From Podarcis pityusensis (Eukaryota): a DNA stretch of 64,000 bases. The stretch lies in the NCBI GenBank assembly GCA_964106645.2, contig OZ067046.1; one strand, written 5' to 3'. The notes beneath the pieces are model-generated. The model ran no database searches. It saw nothing but the letters and a program-made list of their open reading frames with translations, and had not been told where the DNA came from. Positions 35,833-49,110 of this stretch are shown piece by piece. Each line of letters starts with the position of its first letter. Position 1 is the first letter of the stretch. Position numbers and translations under genes: made by a program.

Positions 35833-38554
35833 GACATGTAGGGATTGTCCAAAAGGAAGTGGAGGCCAAGTTAACAGAAGCCACAGGGATTTCAAAGAAC
35901 CACATTGCAATGGAGAGCAAGGCAGGGAATAAGCTCCCCAATCTTTGCTATATGTGAGCAAATGTGAACCAGGAGACCAAAACCTAATCCATAAAATTAA
36001 AATTAAATGAAAAGCTAAGACTGTTGCCTCAGTTCCACTTGACTTGTTCTGCTTACATGAACCAGCTTTTTACATCTCATGATCTAATGTAAATGGCAAA
36101 AGTATCAGCCATCTGTTTTCACTTCATGGTTTCAGATTAGATAAATTTTATAAATCTCACACACCTCTAGGCCTATCAGGTATGCCCAATATTGCCGTAA
36201 AGTTCCATGTTGATATTTGTTAACCAGCAGTCACTGATAATCTGAGGTTGGAGAGAGCTATGAGATGGGAAACAAAAGATAACCCTTGGAGATTACATGA
36301 ATAATTTGAAGTACACCTAAGCTTTTGAAGGCACAAAGAGGCATTTTGTTCCTATATTTTGCTTATTAAGCGATGGTGAATAAATGAAAGCGCATAGTCT
36401 GTTTTATCTGGGACAGATGGGAAATTAGCATGTCATAAAATCCATGAAAAACTGCCTGTTGATGTTGTCTGTTTCAAACAAATAATTACATAATGATTAG
36501 CTCTCCCGAGAAAAGCTATGGACTAGGGAGTGACAGCCTGGTTCATAGCTCCAGTACATTCAGAACACTTTAGATTAGGGTACTAAAGATGGGAGATTTT
36601 AACTACATATCTTTCATTTTTCCCTTATGCAGTTGCCCTACACTAAGTCAAATTATTGGTCCAGAATTGTTTTCTAGGACAGCCTTACCATTAGGAAGAA
36701 TAATGTGACTTCCCCAGGCAGCAGATGCTGGAGGAGATCACCCCCCCACCTGTCCCTTCAGAGCTCCCCAACTATTTTCCTTTGCCGCCACATGGTCTCT
36801 CCTTGGCTCCCTAATCTGGCCTGCTGCCTCAGTGAAGGACACTCTCCTCTCACAAATGCTAGAGAAAGATTTATGCAACAGTCCAGTTGGCATCTCTACA
36901 TGTTTTGGGACACCAACTTGTCCTTCACATCAGACAAGGGATGTCTTGGGCCAGCTCCAATAATCAAAGATTCGAGTCAATGATCTAATTATCAAGGATT
37001 CAAGTAAATATCTTTCTCAGTGCTCCTGATCTCCTTTTGAATTAAGATGCCAGGGCTTGGATGGAGTCTTCTGCCTGCAAATCCTGAAGTGCTTGGCTTT
37101 GTATATGAATGGCCAAAGAAGGAATGCCGCAAGTATAGCTTGGCGGTACGTACTCAGGGGTGAACCAATCTGATTTTAGTGAATGGGATATTTTTATTCA
37201 TAATTTGATTCCATTCCATTTCTGCATACTACGTGATGTAAAACAAAAACCACCCTCTCAGTATATGCATTTATGGTTTAAAAGATGTTGTGGAAACAGA
37301 GCATTGTCTTTTTGGGGGGAGAGGTAATATATAAAGCCTTCCTCAGTAATATTCTTTTGCCAGTCTCTTCACTTTAGCATATTGCCTTTATTTCCTGGGA
37401 GCGTGTGTTTATGTAAAGAAATGGTTTGCTGCATTATTCCGGCATCAACATTCTAGGTTTGTCCCTGCTCATACTTATCCTCCTAAAGTTTCACCTTGCT
37501 ATGACCTTCCACCTCTGCTGAACCAGTGAGTTTTTGGTTTGTCAGTCCAGCTCAGAATCATCTCTTTGAAACACAACATTGGGCTGCACCGAGGCCTTCA
37601 TGGTGTGAAAAATTAAAATGTGTCTGCTATGTGAGGCGTTGCTTTCAAGTTCCATAGAGTTCGTTCTGAAGGGCAAAGAATATATAGCTGAGTTATTTGT
37701 TGATGGCCATTTCTTGTTCTTTAATACCAGCATGTGAGGGAAAAGTTAGACTGAAAGAAAATTTTAATTAAAAGGCCACAGTAGCTATCAAACCCCCAAA
37801 CCCAAAATTGCCTCTTTGTTTAGCCTGGTTGATAGCAGCCAGGAGTGCAGTGGTCATTTGAGAACTGCGTGGGAAATAGACTCATCTCTCATACTAGACT
37901 TGTTAATGGTGGTTGGTGAATTTTGTTGCCAATGGTGTACAATAATGTCCATAAACAGGAACCAAACAACACTCACACACAGAGCAAACAAAAAGAAACA
38001 AAAAGGCAACCACCAGCCAATCTAACTCAGCTATAGTTTTTCCCCTTGAGCAAAATCAACAATTCTGACTGACCTGTCAAAGACAGGCCTGTTAAAATGA
38101 AAACCCTCATGTGTTGAATGAATACGTAAGGAGGAAAGAGGACCACATCCACCACTGAAACCCTGTGATGTAACCACAGCCTCAAGCTATCCCCAGACTT
38201 AGTTGTATGTTCAACATTGATCAGTAAAGGGGTCTATTGATGCACAGATAAACACATGAAGTAGTCCTCTATGCATGTGGAAACCTCAGCTGGCAAAGGA
38301 AGTCCCTCACATAAAGGAGCCCAGAGTCATCCTATACATGCAGCAACCCTGTTTTGCTGGAGTTGTCACTCACATGAAGGAGCCCTGTGCACATACACCT
38401 CTGTATCCCCAGACACCCTTTCAAACCAATCCTGAACATCAAGAAGCATATATTTTTCTGTCCTACGATTTTACTTCAAATGGATGTATCCAGATTCTAG
38501 TATTAAGAGATGAGAAGAAAAACTATCAACCTTCTCAATACCATGCATTGTTTT

Positions 38555-38725
38555 AGCAATGTCTATCCAGTCCCTTCTTACTTGTCTTTTCTTCTAAACT
38601 AAGACTCCAAAGCATTATAAACTTTCCAGCCCCCTCAGCATTTTGACTTCCCCATTTTTGTTCCTTCTCCAGTTCTACAATATCCTTCTTGAGATTTGAT
38701 GACCAACCTTCTAAGTGGTCATGGT
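38555..38725 (-). mobile_element. Old CR1 fragment
   Basis: TTTTCTTCTAAACTAA...TTCTCCAGTTCTACAATATCCTTCTTGAGAT parallels the CR1 at 55260-55400. Confidence 0.55.
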
Positions 38726-41700
38726 TTTGTCACTCCCTAGGTTTATTTGCCTGATTCTTGACTGAGTCCTACAGTGTGAAGACCTACAGTTCTTCCCAAT
38801 TTCCTCCCTCAGAGTTAATGCTTCTGAAACAATTGAGCCTGATCAGTGGTGTGGGTTACGCAGGTTGTGCACCCTCTGACATCGGCAGAAATTGTAGCAA
38901 CTGCTATGAAATTCTAGCTTACCTTTCAGAGGTCTATGCTCATTCTTCAGGCTTGTTTGCATTATAACTTTTTAAACAGTATGGTACTCCTGATTAGTCA
39001 AGCTTTTGAATTACTGAAAGACTGTGTAACATTTAATTAGTCTTTATCTTTACAAGTAATAAAACGAGTACCTTTTGCTGAAAAGAATGCGGTCTCCAGA
39101 GTGCTGCTGAAAAACAGCACATTTTTGATTCCCTATTCAAACAGCTATCAAACAGATTGTAATTTTAGCTTCATTATTTGGCTAATTCACATTTCTTTAA
39201 AAGACACATGAAAAGAAGCTTATAAATATTGCAACAAAGCAACTCCGAGTCAACAACTAAAAGGGGTTTCTAAGCTGACAGAATGGGATAATACTTTCTT
39301 AAAAACAAACACAAACAAAAGCTCATAGCAGCTGAAACCAAGTTGGTGTTGTCTAATTTACATCTATATAAATATATTGAACCTTGGTTAACCTTAGGGT
39401 GGACAGAACAAAACAAAGGGGCTCTGTTGTGTTGATAGGGCATTTCAACAAGTGTCATTTAAAGGTACAGGTGCTCCTGTCCTCTCCTGACACACTAAAC
39501 CTCTTAAGTTTAATTTTGGCCATAATGAAATAACCATAACCTTATACTTAGCTAAAGGAAGATCTACACATTAGACATCCACTGGGTCATCTTCAAAGGT
39601 GTCTTTGAACCAATGTCTTTGATGGAAGCTTTGGGTAAGAAGCTCTGGTGGGAAGCAGTAGATGTTGGAGGAAGGAAGTGGAGAGGGAAATATGGGGACA
39701 ATAAAGTGATACGCAACCTATTTGTTCTTTCTATTTCTTTGCCAGCTGGCATACACTCCTGGTCACACTTTGCAAAGGAGTGGAAGCCATGCTTTGAAGA
39801 TATCCTGAGGAGCCATCAATTCTGTCCTAATAGTAACTATTACATTAAATGAAATTATGCATCATTCTTATAACCATGAGCTGTAACAATTAACCCCCTT
39901 AATTTTAACAGCATCTTTATCTAGAGCTGGTAACTGTTTCCTGCTCTTGTGCCTGTAACAGCATGTGCCAAATTTTGCCTATCACATTTTTAGAAAATCT
40001 CCACTTGTTACATTTGTGCATGACAAGCTGCTGTTAAAGGTCCTGTTTTTTAAAAGTTGGCAAGCTAAAATAAAAAGGTATTGAACAACAAAAGTATGAG
40101 GTAGTTCAGAGTTTATATCTCCATATTTTTGATGGAGGAAGGTTGAATGACATCTTGTGTGTGGGTTTAAATTAAGGACATTTTGAATTTACATCTTACT
40201 CTGTTATTCACAAACTTTCTTATATTTCTTATATACTTCAGTAATATATCTATTTTAATGGCCCCCCCATATAATATATGTATATTTATATCTATTATTC
40301 AGTTGGAAATTTGCATTGCAAAATTCAGAAAAGTGTGACTTTTGTAGGATGAGTGTACCTTCAACCTTATTGGGTCAAGAGGTGTAAATTAGGCAGTTTC
40401 CAATTAAAATGCAAACAAATTGTAATTTCTCACAATTCCTATAAAAATCCAAGTAAGATAATTTTTCTAATATTCCCCCCACTCTCCCTATAAGTGCCTC
40501 GCAAGCTTAGAAAATTCCCAATCTCGCAAATTCATCCCTTCCCTTTCCCTTAAGACTACCTGGCAGGGTGACATAAGAAGAAACGTAAGCACAGGGAGAG
40601 TGAAGGAGAGAGATTTTCTTATTCCCATAACCGGCATCCTAGCATGTGGGTTCACTGATAACTGGCGTAAATGCACCTGGGGTCAATGATCCATGGGAGA
40701 TATATTTTTCCCAGTGCCTATTATGCTTTTCCTTCATGACAATTGCCTTTCCAGCCTCTGAATTCTGCCCTCCTCGATGAAATGGAGCAATATTGTCCCA
40801 TTACATTCAATACAGGGAAATTTCAGAAGATGAGGTGGGTCGTTTTTCATTCTGGCTTGGAAAAACAATCCTAAGTGTTCTCAACAAAATAATGGAAGAA
40901 GATATTGCACTGTTTCAGAGTTAATCCAAGGTAAGCTTGGAAATGCAGAAGATTTCTATTGGCTTTAAAACTGAAGAAATCAGTATAAGAATAATGCTGT
41001 AGTTAAAATTATGCAGTGTACCTTTCTTTCTTTTCTTTTTTTTAAAAAAGGTGTATATTCAGTACTTTATAGCAACATAAATACATGTAGACCTTTTCAT
41101 TGAAAGTGTTTTATTTGAAAAAAATGCATCGGTTCTTGTTTAAAATCAAATGTATTTACTATATAGTATTTAACACACCTACCAACCACTAGATTCAGAG
41201 TAAGGGCAAAAAATGAGTTAAGGTTTTAAATGTCTGGCCTCTGGTGTTATTGCTTTAATTATATATTTATAACTTACTCTTTATAAGACTATAGGCCCTG
41301 ACAATGTCAATGATACCTTTATGGGCAAGTTCATTTCTGACATAGCTAATAAGCATCAATCAAAGTGAGGAAAGAAAAAAAATGAGAACTTCAGGGAAAT
41401 TGTTTCTTTCTTTTTCTTTCTTTCTAAGGAAATAAAGATTTAAGAATAAAAGGATGATAGCAGATAAAGTTCATCATCATTAGTCCATCAAATATATAGT
41501 TGTTGCAAAGACAAAATCTTCACATAGTCACATTTGTTGGTTCAAGACTATTAGCAATAAGTATGTTTGCTATTATTTATTGAATACATATCCCAACTTT
41601 TTCTCCAAGGAGCTCACAGCTAGTCAATTAATCAGACACATTAGCCAAAAGGCATAGCAACCACAATGCAAGATGCAATACAAAATTTTGAAGTTACCAG

Positions 41701-44562
41701 GAAAATATATCTCCAGTTTAATGTTTAGCAACTGTAGCTTATTCACCACCATAATAAAATCAGGGCCTCATCCAGACATGCACTTGCCTCATCTCTTTTC
41801 CTCAGGAAAACATAATATTTACCAACGAATCAGAGCAAACTTCAATTGGGTTTGCTCCAGATTGTACTTTGCTCCGATTTAGTGCTAATGAGGGGGTTTT
41901 CTGGGAGAAAGTAGTGGGATAAAGGCAAATTTGGTCAAATCCATATCTAAGAAGCATAGAACAAGCATCTAACTGCTCAGCCCTGTGTTTTCTAGGCATG
42001 AGACAAATGGAAGTATGGCTAAGCCCTTGGCTTAGATTTTGTGGCAGGTACATGTCTCAGTTGCCAAGCAGAAATACCTGCTGAAATCTGAAAGCAAGAA
42101 ATCAATCTTTCTATTTGAGCATTGGTTACTATAGCCTTTGCCAGTCTGGTACCCTCCAAATGTTATAGACCAATGGTATTCCCAACTATAACTAAGTACT
42201 TATAATGGCATTTGCCCATATAGTCCCTTTGCGTGTTAATCTTCTCTGCTTCTTTCTGGTGCTTTTCCCATTCTCTATTTTGGATGGCAAACTCCTTGAC
42301 AGGAAAAAAACCAATGAGAACGATGTAACATGCCTTGTGCATCAATAGAATACGGTGTAGCAGCTGTGATCTGAAGCAATCAGCAACATTTTCTCCCTGA
42401 GAAGCAAGAAACACAAAAGATCTTGCAAGAGCCTGAAGTGTCATTTAAGGAGATGTTGAAAGCTTCCAATCTAGAATGTAGCTGTGTATGCAATATGGGC
42501 AGTGTACATATTGTCAAAACCAAACCATTGTCCAGAGCCAACCTCTTTTACACTTGTGTACACTTAGAATAGCTGAAGAATTAAGTGGCAGATAAGTGGT
42601 AAAACAAAGTTACAGATCGATAATCTCCCAGGGAAACACCACACTCAGAATACATGCCAGTAAACTGAAAAGAAAGCAAATTCTCGTGTCAAAGAAAAGC
42701 AATAAAAACACTGATGCAAAGGGGCTATGTATCCCAACCTAGCCCTGAAGTATAGATTTTTATGTCCAGGGTTTGATCATGAACACATGGCAAAGTAGCA
42801 ACAAGGCAGTGGGCAGGCGGTGACATTTCCTTCATAGTTTTGCATATTGTGCCTTCACTCCTTATATTGCCAGATTGATAACTTACAGTCTCATATAATC
42901 AACCCCACACTTCTGCTCTTCAGGCCATTCAGCAATATATTTAACTATATTCTGATGTTGAGTCTGAATCTATGCAATCACATTACATCTGTCCTGTCAC
43001 AGCACAGTCTAGAATCTATTTCTGCTCTGTATTACTTCTGCATGCTTTAACCACAAGTCCACCCATTCTGTTTCCCACAGTAATCTGAATTTAAAAGACA
43101 AATAAATCTCAAACTATATATTGTAATATGTTTCTAAATATATGTTTTATGTGCAGTTTTTTAAAATAGTTTTTTAGCATATGTGTTAAATGAGTTAACA
43201 AGGAAAAAGATAATGGGCCAAATAAATACACAGAATCAAAACAATATTTAATTGTGAGTTTCCTCTCAATATACCCATTTAAATGTCTATTTTGATGCAT
43301 TTAAACGTCACTCTGATAACTGCATCACTACGTTCAAAGAATGAAAACTCCAGAGGATAGTTAAATTCCATTTTACACATTCATCTGAGAGGTGCAGATA
43401 TGTGAACTTAGTTTTATGCAGAGTAAACTCACTGAAATTAGTGAACATGACTGAGTTAGGTCCATTAGTTTCAATGGGTCCACAGTAAGTAAAACTTAGC
43501 TGAATGCCACCCATGCTCATTTCAAATCTGCTCACTTGCAAAAATTAGATTCCTCAGTCATCCACACGGAGTGATTTAAAATATGTTTGCAATCCCAATT
43601 CAAAATTCTGCCTTTGACCTTTAGAGAGTTAAATGGTTTGGGTCTTAATTATTTTATGATGTGCCTATAGCCAGAAGATCTTCCCAATAGTTTAAGATCA
43701 GTTGAGAAGGCCCTGTTTCAAATTACTTCACAGTAAACAGTAGTTTACAGATAAGAAGAATGGGGAGGGAAGGGGAAAACATCTGGGAGTTCAGCTGAGG
43801 CAGGGAGAAGAGGATTGGGAGAAATACCCATGTTTGCTACAAAGTCATAAGTACATGTTTAAGTACAGACTGAAATGGCAAATAAATAAATGAAAAAAAC
43901 CCACCTTATTTACAGGAACAAAAATAGAGAGTTTGTAAATGAGGTAATTAAATTTGCTCTTTAAAATTGCAGATTAATACAGCTTTAAATTAAATGACTT
44001 CTTAACACAAAAGCAAGTGATTATTGTTTAACGTCTGTGTGAAACAAGCACTAGTATATTATTATTATTATTACTAATACTATTATTTTTATTAACCATC
44101 TTCTAAACAAGCCCCTCAAGGTGATTAACACACACAAATATCCTTAATGACAAGCAGGAGCAGGCAAACAACCCAGTGACTGACAGTGGTGTTGCCAACC
44201 TTGTTTATTATTTGATATAATGAGTTTGCATAATAAATGATGCTACCTACATCTTTTCTGTAGTGCAGGGTGACTGATTACACTTAATGTGGCCGCCTCC
44301 ATATTGTTAACATTGTTTTAAAGGCTACAATCTTCTATACACATTTACCCCCCCCGGGGGGGGAGCACTGCTAAAATCAGGTAAACTATGTCAAAAACAT
44401 GCTGAGGATTGAGCTTCATATCTTTTAATAATGCCCCCCCCCCCGTGAAGATAAAACTTTCCTAGGTTTGCAAGCAATTGCACTACTAGAATGTAAAAGC
44501 TAGAAGATATACAGTACATTTGCCATATTTAGTTGATTCATATTGAAATACCAGATAAATGG

Positions 44563-45080
44563 CAAGAACATCAGGAACTGTCTGCTTGAGCTTAAGAGCC
44601 CTGCTGGTTTAGTGCAATCAGTCCAGCATCCTGTTCTCACAGTGGCCAAACAGATGCCTATCTGAAGTCTGAAAAAGGTAAAGGTAAAGTACCCCTGACA
44701 GTTAAGCCCAGTTGCAAACGACTCCGGGGTTGCAGCGCTCATCTGGCTTTACTGGTCGAGGGAGCTGACATTTGTCCGCAGACAGTTTTTCCGGATCATG
44801 AGGCCAGCATGACTAAGCCGCTTCTGGTGAAACCAGAGCAGCTCACGGAAACTCTGTTACTTCCCACCACAGCAGTACCTATTTATCTACTTGCACTTTG
44901 ACGTGCTTTTGAACTGCTAGGTTGGCAGGAGCTGGGTCTTAGCAACGGGAGCTCACCCCATCATGGGGATTCAAACCACCAACCTTCCGATTGGCACGCC
45001 CAAGAGGCTCAGTGGTTTAGACTACAGTGCCACCTGAAAGCAGGACCTAATTGCAACAACCCTCTTCTCTGACGGTTTGC
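44563..45080 (-). mobile_element. CR1-type 3' end hosting a Sauria SINE
   Basis: AAGAGCCCTGCTGG...AGTCCAGCATCCTGTTCTCACAGTGGCCAAACAGATGCCT; resumes at AAGCAGGAC after 45034. Confidence 0.6.
44674..45034 (-). mobile_element. Sauria SINE
   Basis: (ACCTTT)n tail read as AAAGGTAAAGGT on +. Body GTACCTATTTATCTACTTGCAC...GAACTGCTAGGTTGGCAGGAGC. tRNA-like head. Confidence 0.92.
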
Positions 45081-45781
45081 TCCTGCATGAGCTTGTCCAC
45101 CAGTAAAGATCTGCTCTTGGTCCTGCCTTGTCAGTAGAGAAGCTCTGACTGTGGAATGCTCTCCTTATGGAAGTTCACTTGCTTGAGCCCTTTTCATTTT
45201 AGTGTGGTTTTAGCATGCTTTTAGCTTATCATCCAGCTGTTCTTTTATATGGTTTGATTTTACTCCTGTTCTGTTTATTTTCTTTTGTTCGTTCTGTTGT
45301 TTTAACTGTAACTAAGTGCGTGCAGTGGTTTTTGGCAAATTCCAAGCAGAGGTGGGGTGCTCCAGGGAATTCTTGGCTTTCCTAGGCAAAGCAGGATCTT
45401 TACAAGGTGTTCTTAGTTGAAGTGGGAACTCCCTCTCCACAGCACCTTATGGTACCTAAGCACATCAAACACCCTCCAAAAGCTGCAGCCAAGTATCTGT
45501 GAAAAGCAGAACTAATGACTCCAAGCTTCCACAAACCCCGTGGTTTTTATTTATAAGGAAAATGCTGGAGGGGACAGCAAACACCAGGGTGTGGAGAGGG
45601 AGGAAAGCTCTATTGTGACTGACAGCGCAAGCTTGTAATCAGTTGGAATGATTTAGTCTCCCTCTCCATTCCCAAGACTTTGCAGGAGGCATGTTGACAC
45701 AAATAAAATAGCCTCTTGGCTTGATGTTTCTTGCTCTTTACAAGTTATTTCTCTGAGGCCAGTGTAACCTCCTGCTCAAAC

Positions 45782-45910
45782 TACTCAAACCACTGCAGTT
45801 GTTTAAAATCACCAATTTCCCCCTCAGTTTGGCTCCCTCTCTGCTTTACTCAAACCTATGCTGATGTTTAAAACCACCAATTTCCTCTCAGTGTCTCTTC
45901 TGCTTCACTC
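45782..45910 (+). repeat. Two diverged ~65-bp tandem units
   Basis: TACTCAAACC...TGTTTAAAA(T/C)CACCAATTTCC(C/T)CTCAGT...TCTGCTT occurs twice. Confidence 0.75.
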
Positions 45911-48584
45911 CCATGCCATTGGCACTGACGTTGTGCAAACTGTCTTCTCTTTTGACCCCCTGCACCCCCCTTGTTTCATGCAAATCAGATTTCAAATGTG
46001 GTATTAGCAGGGTTTGAGAAGGAGGGTTGCATGAATCTGCTACTGCATTTGTGCTCCTGTGCGAACTATGGGAGAACTATGGTACATCAATGGGCTTTAT
46101 GGTATAGTTACAGATAGTGTTCTCCTATTCTCTCTCTTTCCCTTAGTTTCTGGGACTAATTTAAGTAGCCTGTTGTTAATGGGAATTTGAATACAGTCCT
46201 GAATATGTACTCTTTGGGGCCTCCAGCAGGTAGAGGTGTGAATTTTCTCAAGGTCGTCCAAGGTCAAACAAAAAGACTACTGTTAATATGGCTTTCCCAC
46301 TCCTCACCCATAAAATTCAGTATGTGGCCAAAGGTGAAAGGAAAATGTGATGAAAAATGATGGGTAATAAAATGCATCCAAAACATGTATCAGTCTGTAC
46401 TTAATCAATATTTTCCCTCTCTGCAGCTCATTTAAGTAAAAGCTATAGGCAGGTTATCCCTACTTCTGCTAATATTGTTTTGAAGCTGTTTAAAGCTTTT
46501 ATAAATCAGGATTCCATTGCTGTTTCCACATTGCAAAAAGCAGATAAAGTAGCAGGGGGAAAATGTAATGAAATAGAAAAGCAGTTCTGGCAAGGCAATT
46601 TAAGGCAAACAAATACATCAGAATGTTGGCTTAAGATGTACTGAGCAAGAATGCACAAAGGGCTTTGGTAATCTACCTTGTGCAGTTATTACTCCTGAAA
46701 TTATAGCCTGGTGAAGAACATGAGGGGAAAGTTCTTAGGAACAGGAACACTGTAGTTAAATGTTCTCAACCAATTGCATCTTAAAGGAGGAAAGAACCCA
46801 TTGGTTTAGGCATGATCCCTACCAGCCCCTTAGTATCATTACTGTCTGTGCAGACAAATAATATAATTACATCTAGAAGAAGTATGTATTTTGCTATATT
46901 AAGAGGAAATTGGTGGATGGATAATTATACATACAAATCAGAACTTTCAAATACAAAACATCAGAATGGAACATCCATTTTGTTTTAGCTGGGTATGCTG
47001 AGTAGCTTAAAAGACATGCAAGATACATGAAGTCAAAGTGCTTGTTTGTTAGATGGGATATGGCCTAGCGTTAGCAGAACTAGAAAGCAGACTAACTAAA
47101 AATGTCCTCTATATTAAAAACCTAAGGTGAAATTCAACATAGCACTAAGGAGATCATTCCACAGCACAAGCATGTATGCTTGTCCAATGAAGTGAATGTG
47201 ACTTTCCTCCCTGTGTGTTGCTCTGGGGGTTCCCCTGCCTCTCCAGAGTATATTTGGGGAGGCACGGATGGCTCGTGGTCGTATGGTGGGGGAGGGAGAA
47301 AGTCCTGGAAATGGGTGGTTGAATCTATCTCATAATATGGAATATTTTTGTATTAAACTACCAAACTTTCAAAATGAAATGTGCATTTTGGAGTATCTCT
47401 GTAGGAAAATTTTCATTTTGGTTTTTATGCCACTAGAGACCAAATACTTGATCAAACAGCGGCTGCTGCCCCCTGCCCGCAGCATCTGCTTCATCTGGCA
47501 ATAGCCTCACTTTGCACAACAGTAGGGCCGGCTCTGGATGGCGAGGTCTTAGAGAATGAACAGCAGGTGCACTGATTTGACATCCACCAGCCACGAAAGA
47601 ACTGTACTTGTCTTAAAGGTGGAGCGGAAAATGGTTGGATCAGCATGAAAAGCAGAATCCAAAACAATTTTATACCTCCCCTCTTCTTTACTTACTGATT
47701 TCCTTCTAGTTCAGTACTATAATGACAGATCAGCCATGGGGAAAGCTTCCGTATTAGGGGAGCAATGTGAGGTTCTAAGAAACCAGTAAACCATTTACTA
47801 TAATACTTTGTTTTTCACCTCTATGCCTTCAGGATGTCTGTTAGAAACACAAACACAACATAATGGTGGCGACAATCATAGTCCATGAAGGTAAGAACTT
47901 GTGAGGGTCAGGGCATGTGGCTGGCAGAGAGATGTGAGCTCATGACACAAAGCAATGGCAATTTTAGGGTGGCTGTGCCTGCCATGTAAAACTGAATTCA
48001 TGGTTATTAGTATGTAATATGACAGCTATGTAAAAAAAAAAAAATAACCCTGTTGTGCTCCAGTCATCATCTCCAATACAATAATAAGAGAAGATCAAGT
48101 GCAACAGTTAGTGAGGAAAAGAGATGATAGGTCTTACCTAAAGCATCATGTATTGACTCAAAATTCTACTGTTTACATTCCTTGTCTAATGATAAGGGGA
48201 AACACAATATTTGTTCTGTACCAACCTGCCACTGCCTCCTCTGAGTCCCCTCTACAAGGCAGATATATGGGAGAATAGAGAGGTCTACCTTCTCATCCAG
48301 TTGGGCTTTTGCTGAAGACTTTATACCATGATGATATGGAACACCTACATCTTCATGGAATTATTATTGGCCATTTAATAGATATGATGGAGTAAGCAGC
48401 ACCTCTTTCCTTAGTGACTAGCCACCATGTCTGGAAATCTGACATCAGCCAAGAAATACAAACTGGCAATTACACCATCAGTTCCCCCATAACATACTTC
48501 CTGTAGAACTCTGCACGACAGGAATTCAGAGGTCAACTATGCCTTCTATTTCACCACTTCCTCCTTTTACTATTCTGCAGGTGA

Positions 48585-49110
48585 ATGGATGTAGTTCAGT
48601 AGTAGAGTGTGCATTATTTGCACATAGAAGTTCCAAAGTTTAATTCAGGGGTGGTCAATGTGGTGCCCTTCAAATATTGTTGGACTACAACTCAAATTTA
48701 CCCCAGCCAGCTGGTCAATGGTCAGGGAGGATGCTTGTTGTATCAACATCTTGAGAGCAGGACATTGGCTACCCCTGCTTTAATACCTAGTATGTCCAGG
48801 TACTGGCAAAGCAAATTGCAGGTAACCCCCAACCCAGATTGGGCCCACAGCAGGTAAAAACCCCTTACCACATGCTAGGACTCCAATGTGGATTATGAGT
48901 CCCACACTGGCTATTTGTCAAAGAGAAGCCCTGTATTTAAAATTGGCAGCTATGTGAGTAGCATTACTTGCAGCTTGGCTCAAAGCCCGCTGTCTAAATC
49001 CCAGGATCACTACTGCCAATCTGTATGGAGTAGAGAATACTGAGCAAGATAGTCCAATCTTCTGACTTTGTAAACAACAACAACAACTAACCAGATTCCT
49101 ATGTTCCTAT
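48585..49110 (+). mobile_element. Squam3-like SINE split by nested insertions
   Basis: Head GGATGTAGTTCAGTAGTAGAG at 48587 and tail AATACTGAGCAAGATAGTCCAATCTTCTGACT...TTCCTATGTTCCTAT at 49036-49110. Confidence 0.6.
48646..48777. mobile_element. Palindromic hAT MITE
   Basis: TIRs CAGGGGTGGTCAATGT / ACATTGGCTACCCCTG. TSD GTTTAATT / CTTTAATA. Confidence 0.75.

Noticed and set aside
40755-40930. Plus-strand exon CTTTCCAG|CCTCTG... to GAG|GTGGGT or AAG|GTAAGC
   Set aside because: The long form has stops in all frames. The short form (PLNSALLDEMEQYCPITFNTGKFQKM) matches nothing I recognise; insufficient support.
44348-44363. C8G8 perfect palindrome
   Set aside because: Homopolymer expansion inside an old palindromic MITE remnant; also prone to sequencing error.
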